From Candidatus Anstonellales archaeon (lineage in GTDB: Archaea; Micrarchaeota; Micrarchaeia; Anstonellales; CG1-02-47-40), in the NCBI GenBank assembly GCA_038869735.1, contig JAWCQO010000001.1, positions 8,684 through 72,683 of the forward strand: a stretch of 64,000 nucleotides of DNA. Reading direction: 5' to 3'. The notes beneath the pieces were generated by a model. It searched no databases and had not been told where the DNA came from. It was given only the letters and a program-made list of their open reading frames with translations. Every line of letters starts with the position of its first letter. Position 1 is the first letter of the stretch. Shown here piece after piece: positions 20,126 to 29,649 of this stretch. Position numbers and translations under genes: made by a program.

Positions 20126-20736
20126 CTATAAGAATTGCTGTCCTTGCATCTGGCAGAGGAAGCGACTTTCAGTCAATAATAGACGGTATTGAAAAAGGAG
20201 AAGTAGACGCAAGAATAGAGATAATGATTACCGATAATCCAAATGCAGGAGCGATAGAGAGGGCAAAAAAGCATGGTATTCCTTATAGAATAATTGAAAG
20301 AAAAAGTTACTCCTCAAGAGAGGAACATGACTTAGAAATTATGAGAGAATTAGATAAACATAATTTAGACCTTGTTGTGTTGGCAGGATATATGCGCATT
20401 ATAAAGGCAAGAGAATTTTTGGAAAAATATAAATGGCGGATAATAAATATACACCCCTCTCTTCTCCCTAAATATGCGGGGGCTCATGCTCAAAGAGATG
20501 CTTTTGAGGCAGGTGAGAAAGTCTCTGGCTACACTATCCATTTTGTAGACGAAAACCTCGACGGTGGACCAATCATTTATCAGGAGGAAGTGGACATTTC
20601 CGATTGCAAAACTGCAGATGAGGTTGCATCAAAAATTCTTCAAAGAGAGCATATTGGTCTGCCGAAGATTGTGGATTCGTTTGCGAAGGGGAGATATGAA
20701 GTTGTTGGAGGAAAAGTAATTTACAAAAAAGATTAA
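20122..20736 (+). CDS. purN: Phosphoribosylglycinamide formyltransferase.
   Basis: Formyl-transferase motifs INIHPSLLP and HFVDE..DGGPII; 204 aa. Confidence 0.85.
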   Translation: MTIRIAVLASGRGSDFQSIIDGIEKGEVDARIEIMITDNPNAGAIERAKKHGIPYRIIERKSYSSREEHDLEIMRELDKHNLDLVVLAGYMRIIKAREFLEKYKWRIINIHPSLLPKYAGAHAQRDAFEAGEKVSGYTIHFVDENLDGGPIIYQEEVDISDCKTADEVASKILQREHIGLPKIVDSFAKGRYEVVGGKVIYKKD

Positions 20737-20993
20737 GTGATTATTTTTAGCTTTGTACCTATTGCCTGGCCCGGCAAGCCGCGCTTGAACCTTGCAATAA
20801 CCGAACCCTTGTTCCCATGGGCCTTTGAGATTTTGCCTAATATCTCTTTTCCACTTGGGGTTTTCCACAATACTTTTTTACCTAAAAGAGAATGCGCCGT
20901 ATCTCTATTTGTTATGCCATCTATTTTGAGTATGTATTGGTTGGTGTATTCTGTCCTTCTTCCTCTACGATAATTTACAATTACTCCTTCCAT
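20733..20993 (-). CDS. rpl35ae: Ribosomal protein L35Ae (eL33).
   Basis: GKISKAHGNKGSVIARFKRGLPGQAIGTKLKI matches the L35Ae C-terminal signature; 86 aa. Confidence 0.85.
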   Translation of the reverse strand: MEGVIVNYRRGRRTEYTNQYILKIDGITNRDTAHSLLGKKVLWKTPSGKEILGKISKAHGNKGSVIARFKRGLPGQAIGTKLKIIT

Positions 20994-21059
20994 GAGATAA
21001 ACACCCTTGAGAAAGAGTATTATTTAATAAGAAGCTTTTATAAAACCTCCAGCCAAGTG

Positions 21060-22133
21060 ATGCAAGAGATGACAAAAACAAGTGAGGGTTTAGGTAAGAA
21101 GATAAAAGATACGGCCAATGCTTTGCTCGAAGCTTCTCGAAGCGGAGCGTTTGCGCTGATACGATATCACAATGATGCTGATGGTATATGTGCTGCTCTG
21201 AGTATAGGAAAGATTTTTTTTAACCCACCCCCCCTTTTTATTCCATCACATTCTGCAACTTATTCCTTGGAGGAAGCTGAGGATGATGCAGAGATTCTAC
21301 TTAAAAAAGAAAAACCGCTGTGCATACTTCTAGATTTTGGCGTAAATGATGAGAGTGTTCGGGCTATTGGAAGATTAAAGGATGAGGGGATAGAGGTACT
21401 AATTATAGACCATCATCCTATTTCAAATAGACTACAGCATGTTGATTTTTTGGTTTCTCCTCTCCTTTATTCGCTTTCGTCCGATTATACGACCGGATTT
21501 TTGTGCGCACAAATCGCTAAATATGCTGGGATAAGTGATAAAAGCGTTGATATGTATGGTAGGGTCTCCATAGCAGGCGATAAAAGTGAGCTTATCAAAG
21601 TTGGTGAAAAAGAAAGGAAGGCCGCAATGATTCTTGAATTTGTTTCGTCATCTTCTGAATTTCCAAAAAATGTGCAGTATTACGAACGTGTGTTAGAGGA
21701 TAAGGAACTCTTTGATTCCTTATGGCTGTGTGCAAAAGATAAGTTTGAGAAGATATTAGAAGGGTCAAGGACGTGTACAAGAGTAGTGGAGAAGGAAAAG
21801 TGGAAGCTATATTATATAAACGTTGATAAACTTACCAAAAGAGAGCATTTTCCTTCAAAAGCAAAAGCATTGACAGTTATCTTTGATGCTATTTGCGAGG
21901 TTGAGAGTAAAAAGGCAGTTATTGTTGTTGGGTGGGGGGATGCGCTAATTGTATTTAGGGCTAATCGTGAAGCCATTGAAGCCGGATTTGATTCAATCAA
22001 AGTGATAGAGATGGTTAAAGCAGAGATTGGTAATGCCATAAGAAGCGGTGGAGGCCATAGGGCTGCTGCAAGCATCCGTACAAAGAGAGGTTTTGGACCG
22101 ATTATATTGAGAGAAATTGAAAGGATGATTTAA
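21060..22133 (+). CDS. DHH/DHHA1 phosphoesterase (NrnA/RecJ-like).
   Basis: DHH motif IIDHHP and DHHA1 motif GGGHRAAAS. The track ORF starts at 20892, antisense-overlapping rpl35ae; the first internal Met at 21060 is the more likely start. Confidence 0.7.
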   Translation: MQEMTKTSEGLGKKIKDTANALLEASRSGAFALIRYHNDADGICAALSIGKIFFNPPPLFIPSHSATYSLEEAEDDAEILLKKEKPLCILLDFGVNDESVRAIGRLKDEGIEVLIIDHHPISNRLQHVDFLVSPLLYSLSSDYTTGFLCAQIAKYAGISDKSVDMYGRVSIAGDKSELIKVGEKERKAAMILEFVSSSSEFPKNVQYYERVLEDKELFDSLWLCAKDKFEKILEGSRTCTRVVEKEKWKLYYINVDKLTKREHFPSKAKALTVIFDAICEVESKKAVIVVGWGDALIVFRANREAIEAGFDSIKVIEMVKAEIGNAIRSGGGHRAAASIRTKRGFGPIILREIERMI

Positions 22134-22171
22134 AAACACAGAACAAGATAAATTTCTCAAGAAACTTATAA

Positions 22172-22358
22172 GGGGGTGTGGCGTAACCTGGCAGCGCGGC
22201 AGGCTCCAGGACCTGAGGCTTCGCTTTGAACTGGCGCCTTCGGTGCTTGTGGATGTATCTGGATGTATCTATTCGTTATGGCTTTGAAGGGAAATAGGAC
22301 AAAGCGTTCCTCTAGGCAAAGAAACCTGCATGTTAGGGTTCAAATCCCTACATCCCCA
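22172..22358 (+). tRNA. tRNA-Trp (CCA) with a ~114-nt intron (about 22210-22323) 3' of position 37.
   Basis: Manual folding: acceptor GGGGGTG/CATCCCC, D stem GCGT/GCGC, anticodon stem GCAGG/CCTGC, loop CTCCAG|..|A, T arm TAGGG-TTCAAAT-CCCTA, discriminator A. Confidence 0.6.
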
Positions 22359-22396
22359 CTTTGTATACATTTCGCTAAGTTGAGGTTGAAAGGAGT

Positions 22397-23113
22397 TTGG
22401 ATATGGAGGAGCAACTTTACTTAAAAGACTCGTATGCGAGTACCTGTGATTCAAAGATAGTAAGAGTTATAGATGGAAGATTTATCGAGCTTAGTGAAAA
22501 TCTTTTTTATCCCGGCGGCGGTGGACAACCTGCCGACGGAGGTAAAATTATTAGAGGAGATGAGGAATTTCAACTAATTTCAGCTAAAAAGGAGGGTGGG
22601 TGGATAAGCTACGAAGTGGAAAAAGAGGGGTTAAGAGAAGGAGATACTGTAAAGTGTATCTTGGATTGGAAGAGAAGGTATAAGCTAATGAGATTGCATA
22701 GCGCAGCCCATACACTTGCAGCTCTTCTTCACAAAGAAAGTGGCGCTCTTATAACGGGAAATCAAATCGACGAAGAAAAAGCAAGGTTCGATTTTTCGTT
22801 GGAAAGCTTCGAGAGGACAATGTTTGAAAATTGCATAAAAAAGGCAAACGAGTTGTTCTTGAAGAATATTCCAGTAAAAACGTATTATCTTCCCAGAGAA
22901 GTAGCTATGAATATGCCTGGGATAGTAAAGCTAGCGCGAGCGCTACCACCAAGTGTAGAACAACTAAGGATTGTTGAGATAGAGGGAATTGACGTGCAGG
23001 CGGATGGAGGAACGCATGTAAGGAATCTCTTAGAAGTAGGCCAAATTGAATTTTTAAAGGCTGAAAACAAAGGAAAAAGCAACAGAAGAGTTTATTTTAA
23101 GCTCAAGGAGTAG
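22397..23113 (+). CDS. alaX: Alanyl-tRNA editing protein AlaX.
   Basis: HSAAHTL zinc-binding motif and C-terminal ..GGTH; 238 aa. Confidence 0.85.
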   Translation: MDMEEQLYLKDSYASTCDSKIVRVIDGRFIELSENLFYPGGGGQPADGGKIIRGDEEFQLISAKKEGGWISYEVEKEGLREGDTVKCILDWKRRYKLMRLHSAAHTLAALLHKESGALITGNQIDEEKARFDFSLESFERTMFENCIKKANELFLKNIPVKTYYLPREVAMNMPGIVKLARALPPSVEQLRIVEIEGIDVQADGGTHVRNLLEVGQIEFLKAENKGKSNRRVYFKLKE

Positions 23114-23125
23114 AACAACTTCTAT

Positions 23126-23185
23126 ATGATGAGATGCAGGTTTGCTGAAAGCTTGAGAAGCGATGAGGATAACCTGGAGCACTGA
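23126..23185 (+). ncRNA. Box C/D small RNA candidate (2'-O-methylation guide).
   Basis: C box AUGAUGA (23126-23132), a 12-nt guide, D' CUGA (23145-23148), a C'-like CGAUGAG (23161-23167), a second guide, then D box CUGA (23182-23185). The canonical ~60-nt archaeal architecture lies in the intergenic space right after alaX. Confidence 0.55.
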
Positions 23186-23385
23186 CTTAAAAACATTATT
23201 GATATCTTGGGTAGTAACCCATCTCTTTTATTCGTCTAGCTAAATGTCGTTGGATAACCCACCTGTGCCTGCCAGACATATGTCTCCCACGTTTTTATTT
23301 AGAATTATGTGGTAAAGAGAGCTAGCCTTCTAATTTTTTTAATAAAACAGATTGAAAATACAAAAAATATACATTTTACAAAAAT

Positions 23386-24777
23386 TCAATCGCTTTTTAA
23401 GGATAAAGCGTAGTTGGTAAATTTTGACAATGATGCAATGGCTGAGGAAGGAGAAGGGTAGGTAGGTATCCCATAGCTGTCTAAAATTCTGGTATGCATC
23501 TCGGTGTATTCTCCTCCTGTTGAGACAACGACGAGTGGTTTTCTGCGCATTTGTGATTTTTTTATAAGCATTCTCACTATGTCGGAGTCTATTCCAACTG
23601 TTTGAAAAAGAACAATTATGACGATTGAGTCGACTTCTGGGTCATCTAAGAGAGCATCAATTGCTAGTTCGTATCTAGCTGTATCTGCATCACCAATTAG
23701 ATCAAGTGGATTTTTAATGTTAGCATATTGTGGGAGTGAAGATCGTAGAAATTTTTTTGTTTGTGAGGAGAATTTAGCAAGAGTCAGACCATATTCCTCT
23801 ATTGCGTCTGCGGCCAATACCCCATTTCCTCCGCCGTTTGTTATTATACCTACTCTCTTTCCATTTGGTTTAGGTTGGGAAAATATTTTTGCAAACCAGA
23901 AAAGTTCATCAAGAGTGCGTGCTTCTATCATATTACATTGTGAAAAGGCGGCTTTGTAGGTCTCGTATGAGCCTGCCATCGCCCCTGTATGGGACTTTGC
24001 AGCTTCGCTGCCTAATTTTCCCTTGCCTGCCTTAAGAACTATAATTGGTTTTTGTTTGGTTATTGCTCGTGAGACTTTCATGAGGCGTTGCCCATCTCGC
24101 ACTCCTTCAATATACATGATTATTATCTCAGTTTTTTCATCTTGTGAGAGATATTCAAGCAGATCGCATTCATTTATCACTGTGGCATTGCCATAGGAAA
24201 TAAATTTAGAAATTCCAATTTCGGCGCGTGCTGAAAGGTCGACTATGCACCCACCGACTGCTCCTGACTGTGAAATGAAGGAGATATTACCTGCTCGTGG
24301 TCTACCCATTTTATAGAGAGGAAGAAAAACGCTGTCGTTTTTTCTAAGAGGATTTAGTACACCCATGCAGTTTGGACCTATTAATGAAATATTGTGCTTG
24401 TATGCTATTTGTGCTATTTTTCTTTCGTCTTTTGTATTTCCAATCTCTGAAAAGCCGCTGCTGATGACTACTGCTCCCTTTATCTTTTTTTTAGCACATT
24501 GCAAAAGAATTTTTGGAACTGTCTTTGCGGGCGTTACAATTATTGCACAGTCAACACTATATGGTATTTTTAGAATTGAAGGGTAGGATTTCTTACCCAT
24601 TATTTCCTTAACGTTTGGGTTAACCACAAATATTTGTCCACTATATCCGCCTTCAACAAAGTTTCTTAGGATAACATTTCCAATTTTTCCAGGGTCGTTG
24701 GATGCACCTATTATTGCTATTGAGGTTGGCTCAAAAATGGCCCTTAAATTTTTTATCAGAGGTTCTCTATCTTCCAT
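23386..24777 (-). CDS. acdA: Acetyl-CoA synthetase (ADP-forming), alpha subunit.
   Basis: CoA-binding Rossmann N-terminus (AIIGASNDPGKIGN) plus succinyl-CoA-synthetase-like flavodoxin domains; 463 aa. Confidence 0.8.
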   Translation of the reverse strand: MEDREPLIKNLRAIFEPTSIAIIGASNDPGKIGNVILRNFVEGGYSGQIFVVNPNVKEIMGKKSYPSILKIPYSVDCAIIVTPAKTVPKILLQCAKKKIKGAVVISSGFSEIGNTKDERKIAQIAYKHNISLIGPNCMGVLNPLRKNDSVFLPLYKMGRPRAGNISFISQSGAVGGCIVDLSARAEIGISKFISYGNATVINECDLLEYLSQDEKTEIIIMYIEGVRDGQRLMKVSRAITKQKPIIVLKAGKGKLGSEAAKSHTGAMAGSYETYKAAFSQCNMIEARTLDELFWFAKIFSQPKPNGKRVGIITNGGGNGVLAADAIEEYGLTLAKFSSQTKKFLRSSLPQYANIKNPLDLIGDADTARYELAIDALLDDPEVDSIVIIVLFQTVGIDSDIVRMLIKKSQMRRKPLVVVSTGGEYTEMHTRILDSYGIPTYPSPSSAIASLSKFTNYALSLKSD

Positions 24778-24783
24778 TTGAAC

Positions 24784-25392
24784 TCACCTGATTATTTTTG
24801 CATCTACTACAAAGGCGCCATCCCGGTTTGCTATTACTGGATTGAGGTCTATCTCTCGTAAATCTTTTTCTTGTAATAGGCTTGACGTTTTGAGGAGAAC
24901 ATCAACGATTGCCCTTCTGTTTACTGGTCTTCCAGTGCGAGCCCCGGCTAAAATTGGATAAGAACGTATTTGATGTATCATAGTTTTAGCTTCTTTCTCC
25001 GTTATTGGACAAACCCTGATGGATATGTCCCTTAGGTATTCAGTATAAATCCCACCAAGACCAAAAATAACGACGTGGCCAAACTGAGGGTCTCGTCTTC
25101 CTCCCACAATAAGCTCTATTCCTCTAATCATCTTCTGTACAAGAATCCCTTTTTTTGATTCTCTGGGGAATCTTCTTTTCATAAGTCGGTATGCGTAGAT
25201 AAGCTCTCCTGGACTTTCTATGCCTATCTTAACTGCTCCGACTTCCGTCTTGTGTATTATCTTGTCGGAGATTATTTTGAGAGAAACTGGATATCCAACT
25301 CTCTGTGCATGTAAAAGTGCGGTTTTCTCGTTTTTGGACAGGAAAAAGGGTGCTGTCTTGATACCGTAGGATGAAAGAAGTTCAAAAGGCAC
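24784..25392 (-). CDS. acdB: Acetyl-CoA synthetase (ADP-forming), beta subunit (ATP-grasp).
   Basis: 202-aa ATP-grasp domain immediately downstream of the alpha subunit. Confidence 0.75.
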   Translation of the reverse strand: MPFELLSSYGIKTAPFFLSKNEKTALLHAQRVGYPVSLKIISDKIIHKTEVGAVKIGIESPGELIYAYRLMKRRFPRESKKGILVQKMIRGIELIVGGRRDPQFGHVVIFGLGGIYTEYLRDISIRVCPITEKEAKTMIHQIRSYPILAGARTGRPVNRRAIVDVLLKTSSLLQEKDLREIDLNPVIANRDGAFVVDAKIIR

Positions 25393-25394
25393 AT

Positions 25395-26120
25395 TTACGC
25401 ACCCATATTCAAAAGAAGATAAGTAATCGCAGCAATTATTACTATTAGTATAATGAAGTATAAGAGATATTTTTCTAAATAGTATTTTGTTTTTGTCATA
25501 AGTCGAGTTAGATGCTGATCTATGGTCTTGTCTTTATTTGTATCGTCTTTTATTTGCGCTGAGATTAGTTCTTTTGCATCGTCCGAACTCCCGTCATCTG
25601 AGGTGGTCTTGGATGCTTGATATGTGTGTGTTTGGGGATAGCTATCTTTTTCTTTTTTTACTTCGCCTTTTACAGTTCCTATTCTATTGAATCCTGCTTC
25701 TGTGAGGGCCAGAGTTATTTTGGCGTTTCGAATAGTGTAGTCGATATAATTGTTGTACACAAGCTTATCGAGTCGGAATGCTACATCTGAGGGTTTAACG
25801 CTAATTTCGACAGAAATCTTGTCTGGATCGGTAGTTCCGCGCCCTATTGCGGCAAGTATCGTGTCGTCTAATGAGTCTAAGTCCTCTTGGGCCTTTTCTG
25901 TTGCACGTTTTAGAAGGTGCCTTCCGCTCTCCGTTAAACTTACCTTGCTCATTCCTCCTAGTACAGTCTCAAAGTCGATGTATCCTTTTACTTTCATACT
26001 TCCAAGTAGGTTTGCGCTTTCAAAAAATGAGGTGTTTATCTTTGAGCCGAAGCGCTCCACTACAGTATCATCATCTATCCTGCGAAGGACAGCCAGATCT
26101 AGAAATGTTAGTTCATCCAC
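25395..26120 (-). CDS. Hypothetical protein with a C-terminal transmembrane anchor.
   Basis: C-terminal hydrophobic helix YLLYFIILIVIIAAITYLLL. Lies 2 nt upstream of acdB in the same orientation. Confidence 0.4.
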   Translation of the reverse strand: MDELTFLDLAVLRRIDDDTVVERFGSKINTSFFESANLLGSMKVKGYIDFETVLGGMSKVSLTESGRHLLKRATEKAQEDLDSLDDTILAAIGRGTTDPDKISVEISVKPSDVAFRLDKLVYNNYIDYTIRNAKITLALTEAGFNRIGTVKGEVKKEKDSYPQTHTYQASKTTSDDGSSDDAKELISAQIKDDTNKDKTIDQHLTRLMTKTKYYLEKYLLYFIILIVIIAAITYLLLNMGA

Positions 26121-26175
26121 GCTGAAGAGTTACTTACTTAAATTTTAAAAAGCATTAAGCTTCCTTAGAAGAGAT

Positions 26176-27276
26176 ATGAAAATCTGTTTATACCAAGAAG
26201 GATTAGAACAAATGAGACGAATCTCTAAATCCGGTATCATCGCAGCCTTTGAGCATATAAAGGAAGCACTTAGAATGAAGAGGATAGTATATACTACAAA
26301 TATAAAGAAAGGTGACTTCGACATTTTGCATCTAAATCTTGGGATAGGTCCGCTCTCAAAATATTATGCGGAAAAGTACAAGAAACAAGAAAAGCGAATT
26401 ATTATACACGCGCATTCTACTGCGGAAGATTTTGAAGGTAGCTTTCGGTTCTCTAAGAGGCTAAAACCACTTGTAAAAAAGATATTACCTTTCTTCTATG
26501 GGTCTGCTGATTTGATTTTGTGCCCTTCCGAATACACGAAAAAACTTCTGAGAAGATATGGAATCAAAAATGAAATAGAAGTTATTTCTAATGGCGTGAA
26601 CACAAAAAAATATAGGCAGAACGATAGAAAGAGAAAAGAGTATAGAAAACGAGAGGGGATAGCGGAGGGGACGCCGCTCGTATTCTGCGTTGGACATGTT
26701 TTTTCTAAGAAGGGTGCATTGGATTTTGCTAAAATTGCAGAAAGCATGCCTGATTTTCAGTTTAGGTGGTTTGGCACCATTTATAGTCCGTTTCTCGTAG
26801 ATTATGGAAAACTGGAGCGCTATATAAAAAATCCCCCTCCAAATCTAAAGTTTACTGGATTTTATGAGGACATAATAGAGGCCTATTCAGCAGGGGACAT
26901 ATTTCTTTTCCCGTCTTATGATGAAAATCAAGGTATTGTAATCTTGGAAGCGGCATCGTTTGGCAAACCAATAATAGTGCGGGATATCCCTGCTTATAGA
27001 GGGTGGCTTTTTCATGGAAAAAACTGTCTCAAAGCAAAAACTAACACAGAATTTTGTAAGTATATCAAAATGGTTGCAAAAGACACATCTTTGAGACGGA
27101 GACTAGTGGAGGGAGCAAAAAAACTTGCGGAAGAAAATTCATTAGATAAGGTTGGGGAAAGATTAAAAGAAATTTATCTTAGGGTCCTTTCTAAGAAAGT
27201 GATAAAACGCAACAGAAAATCGCTTATTCCAAAAACGTTGAGATTAAGGCTTGGCCGCCCTATTTTTAGGTTGTGA
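26176..27276 (+). CDS. Glycosyltransferase family 4 (GT-B).
   Basis: EX7E-type motif ILEAASFGKPIIVRD; 366 aa. Confidence 0.75.
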   Translation: MKICLYQEGLEQMRRISKSGIIAAFEHIKEALRMKRIVYTTNIKKGDFDILHLNLGIGPLSKYYAEKYKKQEKRIIIHAHSTAEDFEGSFRFSKRLKPLVKKILPFFYGSADLILCPSEYTKKLLRRYGIKNEIEVISNGVNTKKYRQNDRKRKEYRKREGIAEGTPLVFCVGHVFSKKGALDFAKIAESMPDFQFRWFGTIYSPFLVDYGKLERYIKNPPPNLKFTGFYEDIIEAYSAGDIFLFPSYDENQGIVILEAASFGKPIIVRDIPAYRGWLFHGKNCLKAKTNTEFCKYIKMVAKDTSLRRRLVEGAKKLAEENSLDKVGERLKEIYLRVLSKKVIKRNRKSLIPKTLRLRLGRPIFRL

Positions 27277-27540
27277 GTAGGAAAGCATGAAAACTTTTAT
27301 TTGAATTAGATGATTATTGAGTTCTAAAGTTGTTTTTCATTTATGAACTGAATGAGAACAGCTTGCAAAAGTTCCACATGTCCAGTTCTGTCAAAGAGTC
27401 GTTATGCTTCTTTGTCAGATGCAAAAAATCCTCTAACAGCAATGGGGGAATTTGCCTATAAACGCTGCAGTTATTGGAAAGATTGGTTGGGATTATGTTT
27501 TTAGAATACAGACACAGGGTTGGGCTAAACGAATAAAGAA

Positions 27541-27570
27541 AGACAAGAGACGCTATTTTTGTCTCTTTTT
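27541..27570 (-). terminator. Hairpin plus U-tract at the 3' end of the HerA-like gene.
   Basis: 7-bp perfect stem aagagac/gtctctt with a 9-nt loop spanning the stop codon. On the minus-strand transcript it is followed by a gucuuucuuuauu U-rich run. Confidence 0.3.
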
Positions 27571-29589
27571 AAGAGTTGATTTTTTACTTCGTAGAACTTT
27601 TTCGTTTTTTGGAGAGAGTGTGGAAAAGAAGCTTGATTGCTCCAAGGTTTGGAGCTGGGATGACTTACCTCCGTCTTCTGCAATGCTTTCTGTTTTTAGA
27701 GTGTCAGTCTTGAGTTTATCTTCTTTTGGATGGATTTGGCTAACTCTCGCTGAAAATGAATTTTGAGATTGTGGCGATAAGAAAGGCAGCGAAGGAGAAT
27801 TAGGAGATAAGATTTCTCCATGAGAGTACTTTTCACTCGTTGTATAAGAAGAGTCGGATGGCCTACCCAACTCAGCCTTTCCAATGTCTAATTTTTCATC
27901 GTAACCGTACTTTTTTATGTCAACAACTCTCAGCTTCATTGGAAGAAGATATTTTTTACCATCAAATAAGCGCACCATACAGTCTCGTTGATTGAGTCTT
28001 ACAAAAATTTCCTTTTTGGATTCTTCTATTTCTGTTTGTGAGCGGGCTTTTTTGAAATATTCTTCTACTTTTATCTCCATTATTGAGTTTATTATAGCTG
28101 CATCTTCCTTGTTAAGTTTGAATGCTATTATGTTACGAACATTGGGTAGCACGCTGTCGTGAACATCTTTTATTAGTTGGCCAAGATATTGGACAGAGAA
28201 ATACATATAAAGATTGAACTTTCGTGCTTCTGATAGGATATCACGCATTACAAGCGTCTGTACTCTGTAAAGTTCATCAACGATTAAGATAGTTTTAGTT
28301 GTTAGTTTTCCACTCATCGCCAGAATGTACATTTGGTTTATAATTGCTCCTGAGAGAAAGTTTATCATGCGTTTACCAAAGAAATTTGGATTGAAGGAGA
28401 TAACTGTAATGCGGTTCTTCTCCAACAGATCAGGGAGACTCTCCTTTTTCTTTTCACCTCCAAAATAAATCTCGTATTCTCCTACGAAATTTAAGATTGG
28501 GAGGATTGCATCCTTGAAGTGATGGAGGTATATCTCGTTAAATTCCTCCTCAAAGAAACGTTTGACTTCGTTATTTTTAGATACTGAAAGAAACTCTGCA
28601 CGTTTCTTAGAGTCAGTTAGAAGTAGACTTACATTTTTTAGATTCATTTTATCAATTGAAGAAAGGAGGTTGATTGCATAAAAAAGAACTCTTTCGGAAT
28701 ACTTATTTTCCTGTCCGATTGAAAATGATAGCAATTGTGCTATAAGCTGAGCTGTAAGGGGCGTTTTAGTGCCGACCTCAAGTGGCTCTATATAGTTGTC
28801 TATTAGATTAACTATCTTATCTTTTGGAAATAGAGGGCTAAACTCTCCATGAGGGTCTATCAAAACGATTCTTACATCGTCTTTGTATTTCTGCGATATT
28901 GCTTTGGTGAGTATAAAAAGCAGCTTACTTTTACCTGTTCCGGATGCCCCAGCTATGAGCGTATGCTGGAAGACATCAAAATTGTCCACTCCTAGCGTAA
29001 GACCCGTTTCTTCAAAAACAGGATATTGGGATGAGACAGACATCTTCTTGGGGACAGGTTCCAACACTTCTATATAGACTGAGGGGTTCTTTGCAAGATC
29101 GACTATAAGGAATTTTTCTGGAGAAGTGGATATAAATATACTTTTCTTGCTATGTTCATCTATAGCTGTTCCAGTTGCTATAAACTTTCCAAAGATTTTT
29201 AGTATTGTGAGATGGACTTCATCAATTTTTTCTTTTAGGAGAAAACTGAGGAAATCTTGGGAGCCTATCAGAACATAAATTTTTGGAACTGGAAAAAAAG
29301 AGCTCTTTTTTGAAAGTTCAATATCAAAAGGGTCAGAGAGCTTGTATGGGAAAAGCAGCATTGATATTTCATCAAGATTCTTTTTTTCATGGATGAAAAA
29401 TTGTACTGTGTTTAACTTTCTTGTTATAATGAGCGTTATTATGTTCGGGGAGAGGATATCTGAAAGGTCCAAAAATCCAAAGAGGGGGAGGCGGGACTTC
29501 ATTATTTGAGTAAAAAAATTCTTGACGTCATTCTCACTAATCTTCTCGGAGTATAGCAGAACTTCCCGTACTCTTTCTTTTTTGGCCAT
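27553..29589 (-). CDS. HerA/FtsK-like P-loop ATPase (DUF87-type) with a long Ser/Thr/Pro-rich C-terminal tail.
   Basis: Walker A AGASGTGKSKLLF and Walker B TKTILIVDE. The C-terminal ~120 aa are low-complexity (SDSSYTTSEKYS...SPNSPSLPFLSPQSQNS...). Confidence 0.6.
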   Translation of the reverse strand: MAKKERVREVLLYSEKISENDVKNFFTQIMKSRLPLFGFLDLSDILSPNIITLIITRKLNTVQFFIHEKKNLDEISMLLFPYKLSDPFDIELSKKSSFFPVPKIYVLIGSQDFLSFLLKEKIDEVHLTILKIFGKFIATGTAIDEHSKKSIFISTSPEKFLIVDLAKNPSVYIEVLEPVPKKMSVSSQYPVFEETGLTLGVDNFDVFQHTLIAGASGTGKSKLLFILTKAISQKYKDDVRIVLIDPHGEFSPLFPKDKIVNLIDNYIEPLEVGTKTPLTAQLIAQLLSFSIGQENKYSERVLFYAINLLSSIDKMNLKNVSLLLTDSKKRAEFLSVSKNNEVKRFFEEEFNEIYLHHFKDAILPILNFVGEYEIYFGGEKKKESLPDLLEKNRITVISFNPNFFGKRMINFLSGAIINQMYILAMSGKLTTKTILIVDELYRVQTLVMRDILSEARKFNLYMYFSVQYLGQLIKDVHDSVLPNVRNIIAFKLNKEDAAIINSIMEIKVEEYFKKARSQTEIEESKKEIFVRLNQRDCMVRLFDGKKYLLPMKLRVVDIKKYGYDEKLDIGKAELGRPSDSSYTTSEKYSHGEILSPNSPSLPFLSPQSQNSFSARVSQIHPKEDKLKTDTLKTESIAEDGGKSSQLQTLEQSSFFSTLSPKNEKVLRSKKSTLKKRQK

Positions 29590-29649
29590 GTAATTTTATG
29601 AGCATAGAAGACTTTAAATAATTCCTTTTCAGCACACCAGCTTAAAGAG

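Noticed and set aside
20892-21059. N-terminal 56-aa extension of the DHH protein ORF.
   Set aside because: It overlaps rpl35ae antisense, and the DHH domain begins after an internal Met.
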